A stretch of DNA of 64,000 nucleotides from an uncultured Chloroflexia bacterium. GTDB taxonomy: Bacteria > Chloroflexota > Limnocylindria > Limnocylindrales > CSP1-4. The position numbers were made by a program, and so were the translations under genes. The notes beneath the pieces are model-generated. The model saw only the letters and a list, made by a program, of their open reading frames with translations. It did not search any database and was not told the DNA's origin. The stretch spans positions 592,988-656,987 of the forward strand of contig CAWAMB010000004.1 in assembly GCA_963783055.1 (NCBI GenBank). Reading direction: 5' to 3'. This document shows, piece by piece, positions 10,174 to 19,358 of the stretch (its first letter is position 1; every line of letters begins with the position of its first letter).

Positions 10174-10439
10174 CCGGCCGCCGCCTCGGCATCGGTCGAC
10201 CGCTGCGTCGCGGCGGCGCCGGCGGCGCCCGCGTCGCCCGCGTCGCCCGCGTCGCGGCCCGACTGGTCCGCTCCGGCAACGCCGCCCGCCCGGAGCACGG
10301 CCAGCACCTGGTCCCGGGTCGCCTCCATGTTGTGGATCCGCCGGCCGTGGTCGATCGTCGCGTCGACGACGACGTCCTCCGGTCCCGTGACCTCCCAGCC
10401 GCAGGCGCAACGGTTCGTGAACTGCGTCGGGTCGGGCAT
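10170..10439 (-). CDS. small Cys/His-containing protein (DUF1059-like) with low-complexity Gly/Ala/Asp tail
   Basis: 89 aa; MPDPTQFTNRCACGWEVTG...IDHGRRIHNME; translationally coupled to kynA by GTGA overlap. Confidence 0.55.
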   Translation of the reverse strand: MPDPTQFTNRCACGWEVTGPEDVVVDATIDHGRRIHNMEATRDQVLAVLRAGGVAGADQSGRDAGDAGDAGAAGAAATQRSTDAEAAAG

Positions 10440-10451
10440 CGCGGATCCTCC

Positions 10452-10949
10452 TCAGCCGAGCGAGCGGAACGGTTCGGGAACGTAGGCGGCCAGCAGCGGA
10501 CGCCACGGCGGCGGCAGCTCGGCCGCGACGACGGGATCGTCCTGGACGAGCCAGGCCAGATGGCGCAGCCCGTGCTCGACGACCGCGCTGACGGCGATGT
10601 CGCGCGGGGCAGCGGTGGCCTCGGACCGGGCGAGCTCGGCCCGCTCGATCGGGACGCTGGCCATGTCGCCCACGAGTCCGCGGTCGATGACGACGACGAA
10701 GCTCAGGATCACCGCATCGCGATCGCGCCGCCACGACGTGGAGTGGACCAGCAGCGGCGGGCCGACGACGTCGCGCACGATCCGGTCGACGACCTCCACC
10801 GGATGCTCGGTCGATCCGAGCTGGAGGATCCACGGCTGGGGACCGTCCGGACCGGTGAGCCGAAGCTGGTCGTCGTCGAGCCAGACCACGAAGACCTCGG
10901 CCTGGACCGGACTGTCGACGTCCCAGCCGGCAGGTTCGCGACTCATCAC
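10452..10949 (-). CDS. hypothetical protein, first gene of the kynA operon
   Basis: 165 aa with regular, protein-like composition. Its stop lies 13 nt before the small-protein start, same strand. Confidence 0.5.
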   Translation of the reverse strand: MMSREPAGWDVDSPVQAEVFVVWLDDDQLRLTGPDGPQPWILQLGSTEHPVEVVDRIVRDVVGPPLLVHSTSWRRDRDAVILSFVVVIDRGLVGDMASVPIERAELARSEATAAPRDIAVSAVVEHGLRHLAWLVQDDPVVAAELPPPWRPLLAAYVPEPFRSLG

Positions 10950-11031
10950 CCCATCCTAGCCATCGCGCGGCGACTCGGCCGGCGCATTCCTGCCGGGTTC
11001 CGGCCGGTCCAGTCCGTAGACTCGGGGGACG

Positions 11032-12132
11032 ATGACCAATCGCGCGATCGCCCACGCCCGACTCCGCAACAGCCGCCTCGTCGGGGCGCCGCTTGCGACG
11101 CCCGCGGAGGTCGTCGGCTGGTTCGGGGCGGTCCAGTCGCAGGACATCTCGGGGGCGCTATGGGGGATCGCGCAGCGTCTCCCAGCGGGCCAGACGATCG
11201 ACGAGCTCGGTGCCGCGATGGACGACGGGCGGCTGGCGCGGACCCATGCCATGCGGCCGACGTGGCACTTCCTCGTTCCGTCCGAGCTGCGCTGGATCCA
11301 GGCTCTGACGGGTCATCGCGTCCACCAGGTGGCCGGGACGATGTACCGGCGGGTCGGACTTGGGCCGGACGAGTTCCGGCGCGCCGAGACTGCGATCTTC
11401 GAAGCCCTGCGGGGCGGGAAGGCGCTCACCCGCGACGATCTGGCGGCCGCTGTCGCGCCGACCGGCATCGACCTGGCCGACAGCCTCGTGATCACCCACA
11501 TCGCGATGCACGCCGAGCTCGACGCCCTGATCGTGAGCGGCCCCCGGCGCGGCAAGCAGGCGACGTACATGCTCGTCGACGAACGGATCCCGCCGGTGCC
11601 GCCGGTGGCCGCCGGCGATGCCCTCCCCGAGCTGACGATCCGCTATTTCCAGAGCCACGGTCCGGCGCTCGTCCAGGACATGGCCTGGTGGTCCGGGCTC
11701 ACCGTGTCGAGCGTTCGAGAGGGCATCGAGCTGGCCGGCACGGCCCTGGAAGGGCGTCGGGTCGACGACAAGGACTACTGGGCGGCGGCCGGCGCGTTCG
11801 ACCCTGAGCCTGGCCTGGTTCCCGACGAGCACGTGCTCCTGCTGCCGAACTACGACGAGGCGCTTGCGTCGTACCGCGACTACAGCCCCGTCATGGATCC
11901 GGACCTGCCACGGGCACGCAACGTCGCCGACGTCCTCGGCGCCCACATCGTCGTCCGCGACGGCTTCGTCGTCGGCGGCTGGCGCCGGGCCCTCGCCCGC
12001 GACCGGGTCACGGTCACGGTGACCCTCCTGATCCCGCTGACGCCGCCCGAGCTCGATGCGCTCGCGGCGGCAGCCGAGACCTTCGGGCGGTTCGTCGGCC
12101 TGCCGATCGAGCTGCGAGTGGCAACGGCGTGA
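11032..12132 (+). CDS. winged-helix DNA-binding protein, AlkZ/YcaQ-like (DNA glycosylase-like) family
   Basis: 366 aa; N-terminal AHARLRNSRL...AVQSQD, conserved across the YcaQ/AlkZ family; paralog of 44237-45391. Confidence 0.7.
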   Translation: MTNRAIAHARLRNSRLVGAPLATPAEVVGWFGAVQSQDISGALWGIAQRLPAGQTIDELGAAMDDGRLARTHAMRPTWHFLVPSELRWIQALTGHRVHQVAGTMYRRVGLGPDEFRRAETAIFEALRGGKALTRDDLAAAVAPTGIDLADSLVITHIAMHAELDALIVSGPRRGKQATYMLVDERIPPVPPVAAGDALPELTIRYFQSHGPALVQDMAWWSGLTVSSVREGIELAGTALEGRRVDDKDYWAAAGAFDPEPGLVPDEHVLLLPNYDEALASYRDYSPVMDPDLPRARNVADVLGAHIVVRDGFVVGGWRRALARDRVTVTVTLLIPLTPPELDALAAAAETFGRFVGLPIELRVATA

Positions 12133-12494
12133 TCGAGCGGCCGAGCGACCCGGCGATCGTCGAGCGCCTCCGCTCGCTGTGCGTGGCGCTGCCTGACGTC
12201 ACCGAGAAGCTCAGCCACGGCGAGCCGACCTGGTTCGTCCGCGGGAGGAGCTTCGCGACGACGGCCGACCACCATCACGACGACCGTCTCGCCGTCTGGC
12301 TGGCGGCGCCGGCGGGCCGCCAGGAGAGCCTGGTCGAGACCGACCCGGTGCGGTTCTTCCGCCCGCCGTACGTCGGCCACCGGGGCTGGATCGGCGTCTA
12401 CCTCGACGGATCCGTCGACTGGGACGAGCTGGCATCCCTCGTTGCCGAGGCGCGCGATATCGTCGGGGGAGGGCGAGGTCGCCCACGGCCTTGA
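12129..12494 (+). CDS. MmcQ/YjbR family DNA-binding protein
   Basis: 121 aa; ATGA overlap with the upstream AlkZ-like gene. LCVALPDVTEKLSHGEPTWFVRGRSFA is typical of MmcQ/YjbR. Confidence 0.7.
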   Translation: MIERPSDPAIVERLRSLCVALPDVTEKLSHGEPTWFVRGRSFATTADHHHDDRLAVWLAAPAGRQESLVETDPVRFFRPPYVGHRGWIGVYLDGSVDWDELASLVAEARDIVGGGRGRPRP

Positions 12495-12547
12495 CGGCGC
12501 GACGCACCGACCTTAGGCCGCGAAGCCCCACTTCGTCCCGCCGCCGC

Positions 12548-13195
12548 TCAGAGGACCACGATCGCGCTCTGGCCGGGATGCTGGCCAGCCGCGAGGGCTC
12601 GCAGCGCCCGTCGCGCGTCTCGACTGAACGCCGGAAGTGCGTTCGGGGTCGCGGCAAGGGCGTGTCGGTTGCGCCTGGTGTCGGCGACGACGAGCAGCAC
12701 GCGATCCATGTGGCCGTCCCGCTGCTTGAGCGCGACTCGGCGCTCCAGGGCCTGGAGATCGTCGAGCACGGTCTCCGCCTCGACCGCCACGACCCAGCCG
12801 TCGCCCCGGATGAGGGCGTCCCACGCGCGTCGATCGCCTTCGATCGGGAGCGGTACCTCGGTTCTCCACCCTAGCCCCGGGTGGAGACGCGCGCGGAACC
12901 GCTCCAGGAGCCGAAGTTGCCCGGCGTCCCGGATCGGATCGCCAGCTGGGTATGCCCGGAGTCGAACGTCCAGTCCCACGGCCGCGCCGTACGCGGCGAA
13001 CTCGCGGATCGTCGAGCGGCGAGTCCCGGCTTCCAATCGCTCGACTGCCGAACGGGAGAGACCAGACGCTTGACCCACCGTCTCGCGACTCGCTCCCGAA
13101 CCGCGCCGCGCTCGTGCAAGTTCAGTCCGGACCCGTGTTTCATCGTCCAGGGCGACCCGGACCGCCCGTGCAGCGAGTCCATCGCAATTCGTCAT
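12548..13195 (-). CDS. XRE-family HTH regulator with C-terminal nuclease-like (possible PD-(D/E)xK) domain
   Basis: 215 aa; HTH (SRETVGQASGLSRSAVERLEAG); the C-terminal AVEAETVLDDLQALERRVALKQRDG resembles a D...E-x-K motif. Confidence 0.6.
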   Translation of the reverse strand: MTNCDGLAARAVRVALDDETRVRTELARARRGSGASRETVGQASGLSRSAVERLEAGTRRSTIREFAAYGAAVGLDVRLRAYPAGDPIRDAGQLRLLERFRARLHPGLGWRTEVPLPIEGDRRAWDALIRGDGWVVAVEAETVLDDLQALERRVALKQRDGHMDRVLLVVADTRRNRHALAATPNALPAFSRDARRALRALAAGQHPGQSAIVVL

Positions 13196-13447
13196 CCCCG
13201 GATGTTGCCTTGCCCGGCTTACGCGGGCCTCACTCGCCCGCTCACTGGGCTCTATGGAGGCGGGGCACGCGTGGGATGGCGCATCGGCTCCCGAATCGGC
13301 GGTTCATCGGTCGACGCGCCCGAATTCCGAGCACCCTGACGGTCGGGCACGGCTCCAGCCTCCACATGACCCGCTGGGCGGGCAGTCGACGAGGTCGATG
13401 GGCGTCGGCGCGCGGCGCCGCGGCGCCGTTGACGCCCCGCGGAGCCG

Positions 13448-14971
13448 TCAGCCGGGGCGCTCCCGTCGGCGGTTGACGCGGCGTCCCGGACCGGCGTCGG
13501 ATGCGGCGGGCTCGGGCGCGGCCGGCACCAGCGGCAGCACCGCATCCGGATCGACCATCCCGGAGCGGATGATCCGGAGCAGCTCGGCATCGACGACCAG
13601 ATCCGTCTCGACCTGGCGATAGGCGGCGAGGCGCCGGTTCACCTCGTCGGTCGCCCGCTCGTCGATCTCCTTCGCCCCGGCTCGCGTCCACGCCTCGCGG
13701 TTGTCACGATCGATCACGGTCTCCGGCAGGAACAGCTCGGTCGGCCAGTGCTCCATCGTGTGCGGCGCCATGATCAGGTGCTGGTCGGCCATCAGCTGGT
13801 CGATCAGCTCGTGGACCGGCAGGTCGTTCAGCTCCCGGACCTCGCGCACGAAGTGGAGGACCTGGCCGCACATCGCGTCGTCGAACACGAGCTTCGGCAA
13901 GGAGAAGACGAGCAGGAAGTCGAGCATCCCCGGGCCGGACACCGAGTTCACGCCGGCCAGCGCCGCGAGCAGCGCCGACCCGAACGTCTCGGCGCCGGCC
14001 TGGGCATCGAGCGTCTTCGCGTCCGACAGCGCCATGTACGACTGGGTCGGCAGGCCGAGGGCCTTCGCCACCGCGACGTAGGCGACATCCAGCTGGAGCG
14101 CCTCGACGGCCGCCATCGGCGACGACGCGATCTTCATGTGGAACGTCGCCGGCGCCCCGCCGAACAGGACCGGCGCGCCGGGCCGGACGACCTGGGCCAT
14201 CGTGATCCCGGCGAGCACGTCGATCGTGTGGAAGACCGTCGCTCCGATGAGCGTCACGGGCGCGATCAAACCCATCAGGGTGACCGGCACGATCTCGACC
14301 GGGATGCCCGCCTCGACGCAGTCGATCAGGTTCTGGCAGGAGTCCTCGGAGTAGCGGAAGTTGCCCGTCGCGGTGATCGTGAAGATGGACATCGGGCGGG
14401 CGCGCAGGTCGTCGGCCCCAGAACGGAATAGCGCCATCATCTCGGCCATTCGGGGCACGCCGTGCTCGGTGAAGGCGCCCGAGACGACCGGCTTCGTCGA
14501 GTTCGTCAGGCACAGGTAGAGCCGCCAAGCGTCGGACACCTGGGGCTCGATGTCGCCCGACGAGAACGCCGTGGCGAGGTACGGGATGTTGACCAGGCCG
14601 TCGCCGAGCCGGATGTACTCGGCGAAGTCGAGCGACGTCGCCTGGCGCGCCTCGCCGGTCCTGTGGTCGAGGACTTTCAGCCCGCTCGAGCCGGGGATGA
14701 AGTGGACCCGGTCCTCGCCCAGGTCGGCCCGCGGCAGGCCGGCGCGGTCGAACAGCTGGAACGACGACGGTGCCGTCCGGATGGCCTCTTCGACCGCGGC
14801 GCGCGGGAACAGGATCCGGCCATCCTCGCGTTGCGGGAAGCCGGCTTCGATCAGGCGCCGGCGCATCTCGGCGCCGCGGATCTCGAAGCCGTGCTCGGCG
14901 AGGACGCGCTTGGCCTCGTCGACGATCCGCCCGATCAGCTCGGGCTCGAGGATGTTCAGGCTGGGTCGCAT
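13448..14971 (-). CDS. MttB-superfamily methyltransferase paralog (non-pyrrolysine type)
   Basis: The ORF lists 564 aa. The real start is probably Met58 ([11 protein letters not shown]...), giving about 507 aa. No internal TAG. Conserved blocks include [11 protein letters not shown] and [12 protein letters not shown]. Confidence 0.8.
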   Translation of the reverse strand: MRPSLNILEPELIGRIVDEAKRVLAEHGFEIRGAEMRRRLIEAGFPQREDGRILFPRAAVEEAIRTAPSSFQLFDRAGLPRADLGEDRVHFIPGSSGLKVLDHRTGEARQATSLDFAEYIRLGDGLVNIPYLATAFSSGDIEPQVSDAWRLYLCLTNSTKPVVSGAFTEHGVPRMAEMMALFRSGADDLRARPMSIFTITATGNFRYSEDSCQNLIDCVEAGIPVEIVPVTLMGLIAPVTLIGATVFHTIDVLAGITMAQVVRPGAPVLFGGAPATFHMKIASSPMAAVEALQLDVAYVAVAKALGLPTQSYMALSDAKTLDAQAGAETFGSALLAALAGVNSVSGPGMLDFLLVFSLPKLVFDDAMCGQVLHFVREVRELNDLPVHELIDQLMADQHLIMAPHTMEHWPTELFLPETVIDRDNREAWTRAGAKEIDERATDEVNRRLAAYRQVETDLVVDAELLRIIRSGMVDPDAVLPLVPAAPEPAASDAGPGRRVNRRRERPG

Positions 14972-15198
14972 CGTCGTTCCATCATGCCCGACCGATGGTG
15001 GCCGCCCGAGCCGGCACCGGCGGCGAGGTTGCGCGGGCCGGGATCGTGGCGCGAGCGCGGGCCCGCCTGGGCCCCTCGACCCGGTGCGCCCGGGCACCAC
15101 CGCGGACGCCCGATAGGACCCCACCCCATTGCCCCGGACCACCCCGTTCGATACCGTGGACCACTCGCGCCGGGGGGACGCCAGAGGAGGACCCGTCG

Positions 15199-15600
15199 GT
15201 GCGCAGAATGCTCGTCAGCCTTGTCCTTGCCGGATCGCTCGTGGCCGTCGCCGCGCCCGCGGTCCTCGCCCACGAATGCGTCATCGCCAGCCGCTCCGCG
15301 CAGGGCGATGCCGGTGCCCAGCACTCGGGCCGCTGGGGAAATCTTGGCCTCGCGGATGTCTTCGGGTTCATCCATACCGCCGTCGGTGGAGCGCCCCTCA
15401 CCGCGAGCCAGATCACCTGGGCCGTCAACGAAGCGGTGGCCCAGGGTCTGCCGGCCGGCGGCTGGACGATCCGCGTCGACAAGACGATCGGCGAAGGGTC
15501 GAAGAACCCCAACCTTGCCGATGGCAAGGGGCTCGACCATCTGGCCCAGAGCGTCGGCGGCCAGATCGTCGGGATCTACTTCGCGGCGCTGGGCCACTGA
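15199..15600 (+). CDS. small secreted hypothetical protein
   Basis: GAGGAGG RBS 8 nt before GTG (ATG 9 nt downstream); signal peptide [21 protein letters not shown]; mature part about 110 aa. Confidence 0.5.
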   Translation: MRRMLVSLVLAGSLVAVAAPAVLAHECVIASRSAQGDAGAQHSGRWGNLGLADVFGFIHTAVGGAPLTASQITWAVNEAVAQGLPAGGWTIRVDKTIGEGSKNPNLADGKGLDHLAQSVGGQIVGIYFAALGH

Positions 15601-15703
15601 CCCTCATCCCCCGGATCCGCTCACCACGATGGCCGCCGGCACCGCGCCGGCGGCCATCGATCCGTCCGGGAGCCTCGCCTCCGGATCGATGTAGGCTCAT
15701 GCC

Positions 15704-16417
15704 ATGGGCCTCGACGATCGCGTCGTTCTGATCGCCGGCGCGACCGGCGGGTTGGGCCGGGCCGTCGCAGCGGGATGTGCGGCGGCGGGTGCCCGGATCG
15801 CGCTCGGCGGGACGGATTCCGAGCGGCTCCGCGCGGTCGCGACCGACCTCGAGCTCCCGGACGAGCGATGGGTCGCCGCCGTCGGCGACGTGACGACCGC
15901 CGCCGGAGCTCGCGCGGCAACGGCAACCGCCGTCGACCGCTTCGGCCATGTCGACATCCTCGTCCACGCCGTCGGCGGGTTTGCCGCGGGAACGGCCCTC
16001 GCAGAGGTCGGCGAGGACGAGGTCCGCTCGATGCTCGACCTGCATGTCTGGTCGACCGTCCATCTCGCCCGGGCGGTCGTGCCCGGGATGATCGAGCGCG
16101 GCTGGGGTCGGATCGTGGCGGCGGCGACCGCGGCGGCCGTCACGGCGCCCGCGAAATCGGGGCCCTACGCCGCGGCGAAGGCCGCCCAGGAGACGCTCCT
16201 CCGCTCGCTCGCCAAGGAGGTGTCGCCGCATGGGGTGACCGTGAACCTCGTGGCGATGCGCGCCATCGACGAGAAGCACGAGCGCGAGACCGCGCCGTCG
16301 CCCAAGAACGCATCGTGGACGACGCCGGAAGAGGCAGCGGCCGTGATCCTCTACCTGTGCTCCGACGAAGCGGCGGCGATCAACGGCGCGCGGATCCCGC
16401 TCGACGGCCGGACCTAG
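15704..16417 (+). CDS. SDR-family oxidoreductase
   Basis: 237 aa; IAGATGGLG Rossmann motif; YAAAK catalytic motif. Confidence 0.8.
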   Translation: MGLDDRVVLIAGATGGLGRAVAAGCAAAGARIALGGTDSERLRAVATDLELPDERWVAAVGDVTTAAGARAATATAVDRFGHVDILVHAVGGFAAGTALAEVGEDEVRSMLDLHVWSTVHLARAVVPGMIERGWGRIVAAATAAAVTAPAKSGPYAAAKAAQETLLRSLAKEVSPHGVTVNLVAMRAIDEKHERETAPSPKNASWTTPEEAAAVILYLCSDEAAAINGARIPLDGRT

Positions 16418-16432
16418 CGCACCGGCGGTCGA

Positions 16433-17773
16433 TCAGCCGGCTGGCTCAGAGGCCTCCAGCGGCGGGAGCTCCGGCGATCCGGGCGTGCCGTCGTCCGTCG
16501 GTCGGGCCGAGTCGATGTCGAGATTCCGCAGCCCCGGCACGAGCCAGGCGACCGTTGCGACCACCGCCAGCGTCAGGACCCCGCCACCGATGACGCTCGG
16601 CACGGTGCCGAAGAGGCGAGCCGCGACGCCGCTCTCGAAGGCGCCGAGCTCGTTCGACGCGCCGATGAAGACCCAGTTCACCGACGCGACCCGGCCCCGG
16701 ATCCGCTCCGGCGACATGACCCGCAGGATCGTGTTGCGGATGATCATGCTGATCCCGTCGGTGATGCCGGCGAAGACCAGGGCGATCAGCGACACGGCGA
16801 AGATCGTCGACGACCCGAAGACGATCATGCTCACCCCGAAGCCGGCGACCGCCACCAGCAGCGTCCGGCCCGCCTGGCGGCCGGGTGGCCGGCGCGTGGC
16901 GTAAACCATCACGAGGAGCGCCCCGAGCGACGGCGCCGTCCGCAGGACACCGAGCCCGACCGGTCCGACGAACAGGATGTCCGAGGCGAAGACCGGGAGC
17001 AGGGCGACCGCGCCGCCGAAGAAGACGGCGAACAGGTCGAGCGCCATCGAGCCGACCATGACCGGCGTCCGGGCGACGTACCGGATGCCGCCGAGGAGGC
17101 TCGTGAGGATCGGCTCGCCCGCGATGCGCTCCGGGATCGGCTTCTTCCCGATCAGCGCGAGCGCGACCGTCGAGATCGCCAGCAGGATCGCCACCCCGGC
17201 GTAGGTCGTCGCCAGGCCGACGATCGCGATCGCGATCCCGCCGATCGCCGGGCCCACGATCGAACCGCCGAGGCTGACGCTGCTCAGGAACGAGATGCCG
17301 CGGGCGGCATCGGCGCGCGGCACCACCTGCGCCTCGAGGGCGGTCTGGGCAGGCCGCTCGAAGCCGCTCGCGACACCCGTCGCGAAGATCACCGCGAGGA
17401 TCGCGAGCAGCGCGACGGACCCGTTGGCCGAGAGCACGGCAAGCGCGATCGCGCAGGCGGTGACGACGCTGCTGGCGACGACCACGATCGAGCGCCGGTC
17501 GCGCCGATCGGCGAGATGCCCGCCGAACAGGGCGAGCGACAGGGCCGGGATGGCCTCGACGAGCCCGAGCCAGCCGAGGGCGAGCGGGTCGCGGGTGATG
17601 TCGTAGACCTGGAACGCGACGACGGTGACGAGGGCGCTCATCCCGAGCGAGTTGGTCACCCGGGCGGCCAGCAGCGCGCGGAACTCCGGGAGGGCCAGGA
17701 GGCGGCGGGTCGGGCTGGGCGCGTCCCGATCGGGACCCGGTCCGGACGATGGCCCCGGGAGTGGCTCGGGCAC
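16433..17773 (-). CDS. MFS transporter
   Basis: 12-TM MFS pattern. The ORF-table start at 18019 adds about 80 aa of Pro/Arg-rich non-coding-like sequence. A GTG near 17773 (AVPEPLPGP...RRLLALPEF) is the likelier start, but it is uncertain. Confidence 0.65.
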   Translation of the reverse strand: MPEPLPGPSSGPGPDRDAPSPTRRLLALPEFRALLAARVTNSLGMSALVTVVAFQVYDITRDPLALGWLGLVEAIPALSLALFGGHLADRRDRRSIVVVASSVVTACAIALAVLSANGSVALLAILAVIFATGVASGFERPAQTALEAQVVPRADAARGISFLSSVSLGGSIVGPAIGGIAIAIVGLATTYAGVAILLAISTVALALIGKKPIPERIAGEPILTSLLGGIRYVARTPVMVGSMALDLFAVFFGGAVALLPVFASDILFVGPVGLGVLRTAPSLGALLVMVYATRRPPGRQAGRTLLVAVAGFGVSMIVFGSSTIFAVSLIALVFAGITDGISMIIRNTILRVMSPERIRGRVASVNWVFIGASNELGAFESGVAARLFGTVPSVIGGGVLTLAVVATVAWLVPGLRNLDIDSARPTDDGTPGSPELPPLEASEPAG

Positions 17774-17781
17774 CGCCCGGC

Positions 17782-18210
17782 TCAGGAGCCGGGAGGGGCC
17801 GCCTCGGCCTCGACCGCGGGCGGTGGCGGCGGCTCGGCCGACTCCTCGAGCGGACCCTGGCCGTGCAGCTCGACGAGGACCGTGCGGCCGCCGCGCGGGC
17901 CCTGCTGGTCGGCCGCGAAGCGCGCCTGGCCCGTCAGATAGCGGCCGTCGCGGGTCTTGCCCCAGAGAACCCCTTCGGTCGATCCGTGGCCGGTCTTCAT
18001 CAGGACCCGGGCCGACCACTGCTCGCGGCCGTCGTCGTCCTCCCAGAGGTCGATCGTGCAGCTCCCGATCGGGATGTCCCCGAGCGTGACCTGGAGCAAT
18101 TCGAACCGACGATGCCTGCGAACCACGACCCCACGGTAGCAGGCCCGTGCCTGAGGCCGGTTTTCGGGCGGCCGGTCAGGCGGCGCGCGTCCCTCGGCCG
18201 CGACGCGCAC
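17782..18210 (-). CDS. small hypothetical protein with Pro-rich C-terminal tail
   Basis: 142 aa; core FELLQVTLGDIPIGSCTIDLWEDDDGREQWSARVLMKTGHGSTEGVLWGKTRDGRYLTGQARFAAD is protein-like. It ends 9 nt upstream of the proposed MFS start. An alternative GTG start lies at about 18129. Confidence 0.4.
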   Translation of the reverse strand: MRVAAEGRAPPDRPPENRPQARACYRGVVVRRHRRFELLQVTLGDIPIGSCTIDLWEDDDGREQWSARVLMKTGHGSTEGVLWGKTRDGRYLTGQARFAADQQGPRGGRTVLVELHGQGPLEESAEPPPPPAVEAEAAPPGS

Positions 18211-18257
18211 GCGACATCTGGTCGTGCCAGTGGCGAACGGTCGCCGATACTGTCGGC

Positions 18258-19202
18258 GTGAGGCCGTTCCAATTCCTCGTCGGCGTGCGCGGTGAAGTCG
18301 ACCGGCAAACCCTGGTCGCGGGAGCGCGGGCGGCGGAGTCAGCCGGCTACAGCGGTCTGACGATCCACGACCACCTCACGAAGCAGCTGGCGCCCATCGC
18401 TGTCCTCACCGCGGTCGCGATGGCGACCGAGCATCTGCGGCTCTATCCCTTCGTCTTCAACAACGACCTGCGCCATCCCGCCGTCCTGGCCCAGGAGCTG
18501 GCGACGCTCGACGTCCTGTCGGGCGGGCGCGTCGTCGTCGGGATCGGCGCCGGGTGGAACGAGTTGGAATACCGCGCGACCGGGATCGCCTTCGACCCGC
18601 CAGGCCGGCGGATCGATCGGATGGAGGAGGCGATCGCGATCCTGCGCGGCCTGTTCGGCCCGGGACCGTTCACCTTCCACGGTCGGTCGTATGACATCGA
18701 GGCCATGGACGGGCACCCCAAGCCCGTCCAGCAACCGCCGCCGTTCCTGATCGGCGGGACGCGGGAGCGGATGCTTCGGCTGGCCGGCCGGGAGGCCGAC
18801 ATCGTGGGCCTCGACCTGCGCCAGGACCGGGAGTCATTGCCCGATGCGTTCCCCGAGCGGATGGACACGCGGATCGGCTGGATCCGGGAGACGGCGGGGT
18901 CACGCTTCGAGGCGCTCGACCTGAATGCGCTGCGACTGCTCGGAGCCCTGACGATCACCGACACGCCGCTCAAGACCGCGGCCGAGGTCGCCCGGCGCTA
19001 CGAGACCCAGACCGGGCTGGTGATCGCGCCGTCCGACATCCTGGAGTCGCCGTACTCCCTGATCGGGACCGTCCCCGACCTGGTCGCCAAGCTACGCGCG
19101 ACGCGCGAGCGCTGGGGGATCAACTCCTACCTCGTCGGCTGGATGGACGAGCCCGAGCTCGCCGACCTCGCGCCGGTGGTCGAGCAGCTCGCCGGTACGT
19201 AG
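18258..19202 (+). CDS. luciferase-like monooxygenase (LLM) family, probably F420-dependent oxidoreductase
   Basis: Probable GTG start (VRPFQFLVGV); TIM-barrel LLM motifs (GLTIHDHL, VGIGAGW, FLIGGT). Confidence 0.75.
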   Translation: MRPFQFLVGVRGEVDRQTLVAGARAAESAGYSGLTIHDHLTKQLAPIAVLTAVAMATEHLRLYPFVFNNDLRHPAVLAQELATLDVLSGGRVVVGIGAGWNELEYRATGIAFDPPGRRIDRMEEAIAILRGLFGPGPFTFHGRSYDIEAMDGHPKPVQQPPPFLIGGTRERMLRLAGREADIVGLDLRQDRESLPDAFPERMDTRIGWIRETAGSRFEALDLNALRLLGALTITDTPLKTAAEVARRYETQTGLVIAPSDILESPYSLIGTVPDLVAKLRATRERWGINSYLVGWMDEPELADLAPVVEQLAGT

Positions 19203-19235
19203 GCGCACGCCGGCCGCCGGACCGCAGGGGAAGGG

Positions 19236-19311
19236 TGGAGCGGGAGACGGGGTTCGAACCCGCGACATTCAGCTTGGGAAGCTGACACTCTGCCAACTGA
19301 GTTACTCCCGC
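19236..19311 (-). tRNA. tRNA-Gly (anticodon CCC)
   Basis: Reverse complement reads GCGGGAGTAACTCAGTTGGCAGAGTGTCAGCTTCCCAAGCTGAATGTCGCGGGTTCGAACCCCGTCTCCCGCTCCA. It has a 7-bp acceptor stem, a GTTCGAA T-loop, an anticodon loop TTCCCAA (CCC), discriminator U, and an encoded CCA. Confidence 0.9.
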
Positions 19312-19358
19312 TCGGGAGACCGCCAGTTTATCGACGCACCGTCCGGGGCGCCAGTGCG

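Noticed and set aside
10174-11055. N-terminal 290 aa of the 561-aa ORF containing kynA
   Set aside because: No TDO similarity and RRRR/GRG-rich. It overlaps two better-supported genes in other frames (10170-10439, 10452-10949). The kynA start is fixed by the GTGA overlap.
15425-16279. 284-aa minus-strand ORF
   Set aside because: Antisense of the SDR gene with GRR repeats.
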